Part shown: positions 37,142 to 45,760 of the stretch, in pieces | Numbering within the stretch: position 1 is the first letter of the stretch | Layout: each line of letters begins with the position of its first letter | Assembly (NCBI GenBank): GCA_951812955.1 | Contig: OX638340.1 | Coordinates: forward strand, 3,584,001 to 3,648,000 | DNA length: 64,000 bases | Source of the DNA: an uncultured Gemmatimonadota bacterium | GTDB taxonomy: Bacteria; JAAXHH01 | Direction: 5' to 3' | Notes under the pieces: model-generated | Database searches by the model: none | Told to the model about the DNA's origin: nothing | What the model saw: only the letters and a program-made list of their open reading frames with translations | Translations under genes and position numbers: made by a program

Positions 37142-37672
37142 TTACCTGTCTAGGTAAATCCAGTTCTCGCGAAGTTTACTCACGCCAAAGCGGTCAAGTG
37201 TGGCAGTTCGTGTGCCGAGTTCCCCTCTCGGATTGCGTCTAAAGTCTTCGATGGTTACCCTAGATAGGTAGACTTCCCTAAACGTCATTGGAAGTCTTGA
37301 TGAAGAGGGTTCGGTTTTGTTATCGACCTCGTATACAAATACACACATCCACTGGTCGCGCGCGCCATGTGTATCGACCGCACCGCCTTTTTTCTTCGTG
37401 GTTTTGATTTCAAGACCCTGATCTCCCGACTTAACGGAGTTTTCTGCGTAAACTCCCTGAACGAGAAGGTCAGGATGGCCATTGAAGTAGTTGTTTTCAG
37501 TAAGCACCCTTGAATGTTTAGCCAGACTGGCCGTCAGCATGTCCGATAGCACACCAGACATGATAGCGGGTCTCAACATATCGTCAAGCCGTTCCAGTCC
37601 GCGGTCTACCAGATGAGAATTGACATCGTGGAAGAAATCATAAACGTCCTGCATTGCCGACTCGAAATCCAT
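37142..37672 (-). CDS. Putative type II restriction endonuclease (PD-(D/E)xK)
   Basis: Convergent with the MTase, 19 bp tail-to-tail. GHPDLLVQGVYAENSVKSGDQGLEIKT gives PD...EIK spacing. Low GC with a very AT-rich upstream region. Confidence 0.45.
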   Translation of the reverse strand: MDFESAMQDVYDFFHDVNSHLVDRGLERLDDMLRPAIMSGVLSDMLTASLAKHSRVLTENNYFNGHPDLLVQGVYAENSVKSGDQGLEIKTTKKKGGAVDTHGARDQWMCVFVYEVDNKTEPSSSRLPMTFREVYLSRVTIEDFRRNPRGELGTRTATLDRFGVSKLRENWIYLDR

Positions 37673-37864
37673 AATGCGGAGCTGATATGGTAAAGTCGAG
37701 TCAGGATTGAATGATTCTCTTACTACGACATTTCTGGATTGTTTGATCCGTTCGTCTCCTTCATGTTATCTGAATGCATGTTTCAACAAAATGTGATTTA
37801 CTGTGAATTTGTAAACCACTACCTACAATATCATGACCTAGAATCTCATGAAAGTAAAATCAAT

Positions 37865-39019
37865 CTATTCCTCCACGGCCCGCAGATCCAGCGCCAGGTC
37901 GCGGAAGCTCCGCACGCGGTGTAGGGTGACCAGGTTGGTGTCGTGCTGGTTCTTGCCGCCGCGCGCGGTGCGGGCGACGACGAGTAGATCGTCTCCGGAG
38001 ATGACCTGCGAGGCGTAGCTGAAGGACTCCATAATGCTCCTGCTCATGGCCACGCATCCGGCCTGGAACCAGTTGAGGGCGTCCATGCTGTACATAAGCA
38101 TTAGGATACGCCGCTCGTTTCCCGGCGGTCCGCTGAAACCGATTCGCCGAAGGGGTTCCCGGTCCTGCCACGGGTTCGTGGACAGGGTCACCGTGGTCCA
38201 GTAGAGACCGCCTTTATCGTCGTGGACGATCTGAAACTTGCACTGGGCGCCCGGCATGGGGTGGAACTGGAGGAAACGGTAGTCGAGGTTCCGACCGTCG
38301 TCCTCGACCCGTCCGATTGATGCCAGGCTCGACGTCGTGTGGCCATCGACGATCGTGCGCATGACCATCCGGATCTCGCCGTCCACCAGCACGATGTTGC
38401 CCTCCAGGAAGCTGTCGGCCGGCACCTTGTCCTTCAGGCTTTCGGGATATTTCCGCTGCGAGAGCACATCGGGGATACCAGGAAACCGGACGTGATTGGA
38501 CATGCGCCAGGCCGCCGGATCCAGGAGGTCTCGCGCCAGGTCGCCGGCCACCACCAGCGACTTCCAGTCGAAACGGCTGGGCGCGTCGCAGGTCTCGAAG
38601 GCGCGGTAGGCATGCCCGTTGTGGATCAATACCGGCGTCGGTGCGCAGTGGTGCTTCCCTTCGAAGAGCGTGACCGGCCCTTCCCAGGTGAAGCCGCCGT
38701 CCCGGGAGCGGCCGATGACGATGTCCCGGCTTTTGCGCTTGTTTCCGATGAGATAGGCGTCGTCCCCGTAGGCCCAGACGGTCGCCCAGATGAAATCCTG
38801 GCACGACGCGAGGGTCCACGTTGCGCCGTCGTCGTCACTGACCAGTACCTCGGTCTGATCCGGCACGGATTCCTTGAGCGGACTGGGACGGAACCATTCG
38901 TAACTGGCCAGCAGGCGTCCCGAGCGCATCCGCGCGATCGACGGTGAACCGGCGTATACGTTCTCCGGGTCGGGTGACGAGGCCAGTACCTGGTAGTCTT
39001 TGGCGAGCATTCGATTCAT
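37865..39019 (-). CDS. BNR/Asp-box repeat glycoside hydrolase (sialidase-like)
   Basis: Asp-box motifs SDDDGATW and SRDGGFTW. 384 aa. Confidence 0.7.
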   Translation of the reverse strand: MNRMLAKDYQVLASSPDPENVYAGSPSIARMRSGRLLASYEWFRPSPLKESVPDQTEVLVSDDDGATWTLASCQDFIWATVWAYGDDAYLIGNKRKSRDIVIGRSRDGGFTWEGPVTLFEGKHHCAPTPVLIHNGHAYRAFETCDAPSRFDWKSLVVAGDLARDLLDPAAWRMSNHVRFPGIPDVLSQRKYPESLKDKVPADSFLEGNIVLVDGEIRMVMRTIVDGHTTSSLASIGRVEDDGRNLDYRFLQFHPMPGAQCKFQIVHDDKGGLYWTTVTLSTNPWQDREPLRRIGFSGPPGNERRILMLMYSMDALNWFQAGCVAMSRSIMESFSYASQVISGDDLLVVARTARGGKNQHDTNLVTLHRVRSFRDLALDLRAVEE

Positions 39020-39286
39020 GTCTAACGACCTCCTGGTGATTGGGATGTAAAAACGATTCTACCCGGGTGCAACGCGCTTGTCAACGGGAAGGTACCCGCT
39101 GGATCCGCTCGAAATCGCGCTACCCGAATACGAGAGCGCGAGACCTTCCCATAGTTCTTTACACGCGGCGCCATATTGCCCTTGATCTGAATCGCCCCCG
39201 ACCTGTATCATAGAACCGATCACCAGGACAACCATTCCAGATACGAACATAGCGCATCGAACCGGGTCCGCCGGGAGGATACACTT

Positions 39287-40468
39287 ATGGCCGGAAAAAC
39301 CAACCTGTCCCGCAGAGACTTGCTGATCAAGGGAGGGCTCGCGACGGCCGGCATGGCGCTGCTGCCATCCCACGTACTGGCCCAGTTGGCCCAACTGGCG
39401 CGGGACGAGACGCCCGTGGACTGGATCGATGAATTCGGGCCGCCGCAAAGCCCCGATTTCGTCCTGCTGGACTGGAACGGACTCGAATCTTGGATTACGC
39501 CCGTAGACCAGTTCTTCTCGGCGAGCCACTATCCCGAGCCCACCGTGGCCGGAGAGGGCTACAGCCTGGAGGTTTCCGGCGCGGTAAGACAGAAGCTCAA
39601 TCTGAGCCTCGACGAAATCAAGTCCATGCCGAGCAAAGACGTTATCTTCACCCTCGAGTGCTCGGGTAACCGGGGCGTCCCCGTTTTCAGGGGCGGCGTG
39701 TACAACGCCCGGTGGACCGGCACGCCGCTGGCGCCGATCCTGGAACGGGCAGGGATGTGGGGGAACGGTATCGAGGTGGTTTTCTTCGGACACGATGAAG
39801 GGGTCGAGAACATCACGCCAATTCGAAGCGAACCGCTGGCGATGAAACAGAATTTCGCCCGGTCGCTGACCACGAAACAGGCGATGGATCCGGACATCCT
39901 GCTGGCCTATGAGGTTAACGGACAGACGCTGCCGCCGAAGCACGGATATCCCCTGCGGCTCATCGTACCCGGCTGGTACGGCATCACCCAGGTGAAGTGG
40001 CTGAAACGCATCGAGGTGCGCACTACCCGGTACATGGGCAGGTTCATTTCGCGGGATTACGTCACGGTCCGCGAGGAGACCCACAACGGGGAGACCGTAT
40101 GGCGCCAGGAATCTGTTGGAAAAGGCAGGATCAATTCCGTCACGGCACGGGTCACGCGGGTCGGTCCCCTGCACCGGATCTACGGCGCGGTATGGGGCGA
40201 ACCGCTCAGGGAGGTCCAGGTGCGCATCGATGACGGAGCATGGCAGACGGCCGAAATCATCGAGGGGCTGGACGCCGAACACGCCTGGAAGTTCTGGCGG
40301 TTGGACTGGGACAGGCCTTCAGCGGGCGAGCATACGATCACTTCACGGGGCGTAACGACGGGCGGCACGATACAGCCCGCGCCGGACGATCCCTACCTGG
40401 CCGGCAAGAAGACTTACTGGGAAAGTAACGGCCAGGTGACCCGGACTATTCAGATCTTCGAAAGCTAG
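39287..40468 (+). CDS. Sulfite-oxidase-family molybdopterin oxidoreductase with Tat signal
   Basis: SRRDLLIKGGLATAGMA twin-Arg signal. Mo-co binding core (ECSGNRG..., GYPLRLIVPGWYG) plus a C-terminal dimerisation-like domain. Confidence 0.75.
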   Translation: MAGKTNLSRRDLLIKGGLATAGMALLPSHVLAQLAQLARDETPVDWIDEFGPPQSPDFVLLDWNGLESWITPVDQFFSASHYPEPTVAGEGYSLEVSGAVRQKLNLSLDEIKSMPSKDVIFTLECSGNRGVPVFRGGVYNARWTGTPLAPILERAGMWGNGIEVVFFGHDEGVENITPIRSEPLAMKQNFARSLTTKQAMDPDILLAYEVNGQTLPPKHGYPLRLIVPGWYGITQVKWLKRIEVRTTRYMGRFISRDYVTVREETHNGETVWRQESVGKGRINSVTARVTRVGPLHRIYGAVWGEPLREVQVRIDDGAWQTAEIIEGLDAEHAWKFWRLDWDRPSAGEHTITSRGVTTGGTIQPAPDDPYLAGKKTYWESNGQVTRTIQIFES

Positions 40469-40485
40469 GGAACGAATCCCGATCC

Positions 40486-41598
40486 ATGGTCATCGATTCC
40501 CACGCTTACTGTTTTCCTCCGGGAGACGCGAAGGCCGGGTACGCGGACGCAGGTGAACACCTCCGTTGGATACAGGCCGAGCACGCGGTCCACCACCAGC
40601 CGGCCTGGCGGGTCCGTGACCGGGCCGCCGCGTCGTCAGATGCGATCGCTCCCGCTTCGCCCGGGGACTGGTCCACGCTTCCCGACGTGGATTTCCGCGT
40701 CGATCGGACCCATGGCCGGGTGGTGTGGACGATCGACGGCGAAGACTGCACCAAGCAGTTCTACCCGCCCCACCTGCGCAACCTGGAATACACCCCCGAC
40801 GGCCTGATCGCCGAGATGGACTATGCGGGCGTGGACGCCGCCCTGCTCCATACCAATCCCATGCTGAACCGGGACAGCGCGTTTCAGGCCGAATGTATCG
40901 CCGCATTTCCCGACCGGCTGTACTCCATGGCGCCCGTGGAAGAGTGGCGCATCGCGGCGGAACCGGACCGGGTGATCAATGAGATTGAACGGGCCGTGCG
41001 CGTTCGCGGGCTGCACGCCGTCAAGTTCAACGCCACGCTGGCATATCGCGAAAGTGACGAACGCTGGTGCGGTGGCGCCTACCGCCCCTTCTGGGATGCC
41101 GTGGCCACGCTGAAGGTCCCGGTTTTCTTTACCCTGGGCGCCGGACCCGTACTCGGCTACCACAGCGATCTGACGCAGGGCTACTTCAACGAACTCCGCG
41201 TGCTCATGGAATGGATGGACCGGTACCCGGATTCGGTCTGCAGTATCACCCACGGTTTCCCCTGGCGCATGTTTCTCGAAGGCGACCGTCTCGTCTTGCC
41301 TGAGGATCTGTGGAAACCCTACGAGAACCGCAATCTCAGCATGGAAGTCTGCTTTCCCGTGCGCATCGGCGACCTCTTCGACTTTCCCTACAGCGAGGCC
41401 CTACCGGCCCTGGAGGAGTTGGTTGGCCGGATCGGTAGCGACAGGCTGCTGTGGGGCACGGACATGCCCTTCCAGAACAGGTTCTGCACGTATCGGCAGT
41501 CCCGGGACTGGATCGAGAAGTACGCGGGTTTTCTCAGCGAAGCGGACCGTGCCGCGATTATGGGCGGCACCGCCGCGCGAATATTGGGTATTGCGTAG
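40486..41598 (+). CDS. Amidohydrolase-2 (PF04909-type TIM-barrel metal-dependent hydrolase)
   Basis: N-terminal IDSHAY and C-terminal LLWGTDMPF metal-ligand blocks. Confidence 0.65.
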   Translation: MVIDSHAYCFPPGDAKAGYADAGEHLRWIQAEHAVHHQPAWRVRDRAAASSDAIAPASPGDWSTLPDVDFRVDRTHGRVVWTIDGEDCTKQFYPPHLRNLEYTPDGLIAEMDYAGVDAALLHTNPMLNRDSAFQAECIAAFPDRLYSMAPVEEWRIAAEPDRVINEIERAVRVRGLHAVKFNATLAYRESDERWCGGAYRPFWDAVATLKVPVFFTLGAGPVLGYHSDLTQGYFNELRVLMEWMDRYPDSVCSITHGFPWRMFLEGDRLVLPEDLWKPYENRNLSMEVCFPVRIGDLFDFPYSEALPALEELVGRIGSDRLLWGTDMPFQNRFCTYRQSRDWIEKYAGFLSEADRAAIMGGTAARILGIA

Positions 41599-41673
41599 CG
41601 AGCAGCTGACGCAGTGGGAATGTGACGTTCTCGAAAACTGTTAAAAGAATAGATAACTTTGTGATACTTTAAG

Positions 41674-41725
41674 TACCCGGACCTGCACCCGCACCCGGCC
41701 CCGCACCCGGCCCCGAGCCCGCAGG
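41674..41725 (+). repeat. Hexamer/dodecamer repeat tract (gcacccggcccc units) just upstream of the UxuA-like gene
   Basis: cccggacctgcacccgcacccggccccgcacccggccccgagcccgc. Confidence 0.5.
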
Positions 41726-41747
41726 TTTACATAACCCGGAGGATTCC

Positions 41748-42734
41748 ATGCACGTCGGTACCCAGCAGTTTAGCACGGCGGACGAAGACCTGGAGTATCT
41801 CGCCCGCCACGGCGTCTTCAACAAGAACGAGAATAACATTACCTTCCACAGGGAATATGGATGGGACGTGGAGGAACTGGCGGCCAAGAAGGAGAAGTGC
41901 GCCCGGTTCGGCATCAACATGGAGATGGTGGCCCTGCCTATCGCCCAGTTCAACGTCGACGGCGGCCAGGTGCCCAATTACATGCTGGGGAAATACGAGG
42001 AAGGCGACAAGGAAATCGAACTGGTGTGCAACATGGTGCGCCAGGCCTCGGAAGCGGGCATCCCCGCGATCAAATACTACCTTTGCGAGATGGAGAACCA
42101 GCGCACCGAGAGCGATCCGCCCGGACGCGGAGGTTCGATCTACAGCACCTGGGACCTGGAGAAGGCGAAGGACCGGCCGCCGCGGTACGACGAACCCGTA
42201 ACGGCCGAGATGAATTGGGCCCGCATAACCTACTTCCTTGAACGGGTGATCCCCGTGGCGACCGAGTGCAAAGTCCGCATGGCCTGCCATCCCTGCGATC
42301 CGTGGCTGCCGCCCGGCTATCGCTGCGTGGACCGCGTGCTCGGCGGCTTCGACGGGTTCAAGCAATTCATTGAGATCTGTCCCAGTCCGTACCACGGCAT
42401 GAATCTATGCCTGGGTTGCATGGCTGAGAGTTCGCTCGACCCGCGCAACGAGGTGCCTGACATTATTCGATACCTGGGATCGCGGAACAAGATCTTCCTC
42501 TGCCATTTCCGAAACATCGTGGGCGGGAGGAACAAGTTCCAGGAAGTCTGGCCCGACGAGGGCGTCATGAACATGCACCGCAACATGCAAGCGCTCAAAG
42601 AAGTCGGCTACGATCACATGTGCGTGCCCGATCACGCGCCTGGGCACAAGGATCCGGACAGCTACCGGCAGGCCTTCGCCTACGAGTTCGGCTATATTCA
42701 GGCGATGATCCAGGCGGTGATGGACGAGGGGTAG
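41748..42734 (+). CDS. Mannonate dehydratase (UxuA)-like xylose-isomerase-fold enzyme
   Basis: Blocks CHPCDPWLP (compare UxuA VHPDDPP), HFRN and VPDHAPGH resemble UxuA metal-binding regions. Confidence 0.55.
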   Translation: MHVGTQQFSTADEDLEYLARHGVFNKNENNITFHREYGWDVEELAAKKEKCARFGINMEMVALPIAQFNVDGGQVPNYMLGKYEEGDKEIELVCNMVRQASEAGIPAIKYYLCEMENQRTESDPPGRGGSIYSTWDLEKAKDRPPRYDEPVTAEMNWARITYFLERVIPVATECKVRMACHPCDPWLPPGYRCVDRVLGGFDGFKQFIEICPSPYHGMNLCLGCMAESSLDPRNEVPDIIRYLGSRNKIFLCHFRNIVGGRNKFQEVWPDEGVMNMHRNMQALKEVGYDHMCVPDHAPGHKDPDSYRQAFAYEFGYIQAMIQAVMDEG

Positions 42735-42813
42735 GGTGCTGTTTGGCCTGGCGCGGGCAATCGACATGAAGTGAGCCAAATTGCATGGCGGTCCTGTCTT
42801 CGACACGCCACGT

Positions 42814-44592
42814 TCAAATCTGCCACTCGATCAGTTGCTGGTCCTGTTTAAGGCGTGCACGCTGATGCTGGGCGGCAATGAAGATGTCTTCCAACCCGGG
42901 CGTATCGACTTCGAGCCCCGGCAGGGAGTACCGCGCTTCCATGAGAAACCGGTCCTCCTGCGGCGATTGGATCCATGCGTGCCGCCACCACTCCAACATG
43001 CGGCCTCTCGCGTCAGCCATGGCGATGGAGGAGGGCAGCCGGTCGCTCTTTCTGAGGTTGATGTTGCCGCGGGCCGGCAGCAGGTTCCAGAGATCGTTGT
43101 TGCGCCAGCGCGCCCACGGAAAACAGTGGTCGATGTGCGGAGCGGTTCGAATGCGCGACGCAGACCATACGCAGGTAAGCGCGAATCCGTCATCGCGCAA
43201 CTGCTTCGCCCGTTCCAGGGCAACGCTGGTGTCGTAGCGGCTCTCGGTCCATTCGAACGGGTCGTTTGATACCGTTTCAGCCCCGCGATCCCGAACCACA
43301 GCGGCAGATTGATCGGTGGGGGTCGTCCACCGCGCGGTGTTGCGCAGGCTTGCCGAGTCATCCCAATTTGTAGTCAGTTGCCGCCATTCCCTTACGATGA
43401 CCGGCTCCAGCCAGCAGGCGAACTGACCGAGTGACTGCCATAGCAATGCGGGAATCCTGAGGCGACCGAACTGCGTCAGATATTCGCGGGAGAGAACGAT
43501 GGGCCGGGCGGTCGCCTGCGCCCTGGTATATCCTGATTCGAACAACTGCCGGTTGCCGGAAGCTGGATAGGTGATGTAGCGTACAGGCATCCGCTCGATG
43601 TTTACGCAGGCGTCGTTTATAGCATGGGTAAGGATGACGGCCCGGTCCGAATCAAACCTGGCACCCAGCCGAAGGTCGGAAGGCGAGACGTTCCCGAGAC
43701 GGTAGAACGCATCCTTTGCCCAGCCGTATCCGCCCGGTCCCGATGGGCGTTGCGGCAGACGATGATGCAGGACCAGGGGAAGGTATTGCTTCAACCAGTA
43801 CAGACCGACAGCGCCGAAGGGGATTTCTACGTAGTCGTCCGTACGATTGATGACTAACCCCGGCGCCGTTTCAGCGAGTCGTACCAGGATCCGAAGCAGC
43901 CCCAGCTTGTAGGTCGAGGACTTGTTGTCATTCACGATCACGTGGCGCAGCAGCGGCAGGCTGCCGGTGCCATCGTCCGGCATAGAGAAAACCAGCGTTT
44001 CCCAATGTATGCCGGGTCGCGTCAGGTCCGGCTGCGTCGAGTGGTTGCGCAGCGCGATGGCTCGGCGGTTGGCAAAACCGATAAGTTCCTCTGCCGAAGT
44101 GTCATGAAATCCCCGGGCGACATTTTCCGCGGCATCTCCGCCGCGTCGCAGCGTGAATACCAGCAGTCCGGATGGATTGAGCAGCTCGGAAAGGATGCGG
44201 AAGGCCCGTTCCCGGACATTCTGCGCCACGTGCATCCACACAGCGCTCAGTAGAATCAGGTCGAACCGCCGACCGAGCGCACGCAGAACCCTTAGATCCG
44301 GTAGGGCATCATCCATCCAAACCACGCCTGGGTGGGAGCGTTCCGCAGCGAGGTTCCGCAACGCGCTCGGTTCCACTGCCACGACTTCCCATCCTCTGGC
44401 CGCGAGCCAGTTGGCATCGCGTCCCGAACCGGCGCCGATGTCGCAGGCGAATCCAGGTTCTTCACGCAGGTGGGTCGGAGCCCAGTCTTCATGGACGTCT
44501 GCAGCATCGACTCCGTCATACTGGGCGAAGAGAGCATCTGAATTGAGGTCGTAGTATCTGGTGCTGTTCATGCGGATAGGCAAGACTGGCAC
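42814..44592 (-). CDS. Fusion protein: class-I SAM-methyltransferase fold plus C-terminal DUF1524/HNH-like His-Me nuclease
   Basis: Motif I FACDIGAGSGRDANWLAARGWEVVAVEPS. C-terminal HIDHCFPWARWRNNDLWNLLPARGNINLRKSDR matches the GmrSD C-terminal (DUF1524) His-Me finger pattern. 592 aa. Confidence 0.6.
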   Translation of the reverse strand: MPVLPIRMNSTRYYDLNSDALFAQYDGVDAADVHEDWAPTHLREEPGFACDIGAGSGRDANWLAARGWEVVAVEPSALRNLAAERSHPGVVWMDDALPDLRVLRALGRRFDLILLSAVWMHVAQNVRERAFRILSELLNPSGLLVFTLRRGGDAAENVARGFHDTSAEELIGFANRRAIALRNHSTQPDLTRPGIHWETLVFSMPDDGTGSLPLLRHVIVNDNKSSTYKLGLLRILVRLAETAPGLVINRTDDYVEIPFGAVGLYWLKQYLPLVLHHRLPQRPSGPGGYGWAKDAFYRLGNVSPSDLRLGARFDSDRAVILTHAINDACVNIERMPVRYITYPASGNRQLFESGYTRAQATARPIVLSREYLTQFGRLRIPALLWQSLGQFACWLEPVIVREWRQLTTNWDDSASLRNTARWTTPTDQSAAVVRDRGAETVSNDPFEWTESRYDTSVALERAKQLRDDGFALTCVWSASRIRTAPHIDHCFPWARWRNNDLWNLLPARGNINLRKSDRLPSSIAMADARGRMLEWWRHAWIQSPQEDRFLMEARYSLPGLEVDTPGLEDIFIAAQHQRARLKQDQQLIEWQI

Positions 44593-44866
44593 GGGTAGCC
44601 AGAATAGGCGTGCTTAGACAGATAAGCGTTTTCCCGCTTCATGCGGGCGGGCATTGATTCTTGCGGGTATCCTGCGCACGTACATGATAAAGGCGGGAAA
44701 ACGGTTGAATATCCCATGTCGAAGTCATTATCTATGATCATGCCATATTAGTCGGAAAACGGTAGATGTCAAGCAATCCAATGCGTCTGCTAACCGCGAC
44801 TGTCGCTTGTGTTTGCCTGCAGCGATGGCCTGACGTGTTCTGTGTACGCGCCAATCCCGACAGGAG

Positions 44867-45670
44867 ATGACTGTGATCTCAAAACGCATACTGCCCGGCG
44901 AGCGTCTCGACGACGCCTGGATGGAAGAAATACTCACGGACTTTTACAGGGACGGTTTCGCCCTTATACCGGGTGTGTTGACCCGGGATGAAATCGATGC
45001 CCTCCGCGAGGTGACGGACCGCTGCTTCAACGATCCCGTGCTGGCCGGCACTGATTACCTGAGCGGGCAGGGGGACGGATTCGTGCTCCGCAATACATTG
45101 GAACTGGACGCCGTATTCGTGGACATGCTGATTCGGGAGCCGATCCTGAGTCTGGCTGAAGCCGTCGTGGGAGAGGACTGTAAGTTCTGCGGGCAGAACG
45201 TGATCCGGAACGCGCCGGGCCAGGCCATTTCGCTGTGGCACGTGGACGACCGGGTGGAGTTCCCGTTGCCGGAAGACGTGCACCGCCACGACCCCCGCAT
45301 CCGCATGCCGGTGCAGTGGTTCACCATCCAGATGGCCCTGACAGATATCGATTCGGTGGAGGATGGTCCTACGCAGTTCGTGCCGGGCAGCCAGTATTCC
45401 GGCAGAGATCCCAACAGCCAGGAAAATCCGGAGTTCGAAGGCAGAGGACCGGTCTCTGCGTTATGCAAGGCGGGCGACGTCTACCTGCAGAACAACCAGT
45501 GCTGGCACCGGGGAGCGCCCGTCACATCGGATCAGATGCGCTATGTCTTCCAGTCCCAGTACGCCGCCCGTTGGGCCCACAGGCGGTTCAACGAGTATAA
45601 CCACGTACCTGTGCCGCCCACGGTTCTAAGCCGGGCCTCGGACAGGCTGCGTGGGGTGCTGGGTGCGTGA
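44867..45670 (+). CDS. PhyH-family Fe(II)/2OG oxygenase
   Basis: WHVDD HxD motif, distal WHRG. 267 aa. Confidence 0.7.
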   Translation: MTVISKRILPGERLDDAWMEEILTDFYRDGFALIPGVLTRDEIDALREVTDRCFNDPVLAGTDYLSGQGDGFVLRNTLELDAVFVDMLIREPILSLAEAVVGEDCKFCGQNVIRNAPGQAISLWHVDDRVEFPLPEDVHRHDPRIRMPVQWFTIQMALTDIDSVEDGPTQFVPGSQYSGRDPNSQENPEFEGRGPVSALCKAGDVYLQNNQCWHRGAPVTSDQMRYVFQSQYAARWAHRRFNEYNHVPVPPTVLSRASDRLRGVLGA

Positions 45671-45760
45671 CGACATGTGCTCAGGTCGGCTTGGCTATTT
45701 AACGGGGCATCCGGCCGATTGCGCAGGCCGGTACCTGGCATGGCCTGATGTACGTCTTGA

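Noticed and set aside
42735-42813. T-loop-like GTTCAAATC suggesting a tRNA
   Set aside because: The surrounding 75 nt cannot be folded into a cloverleaf with an anticodon arm by eye. No other tRNA signatures were found anywhere in the window.
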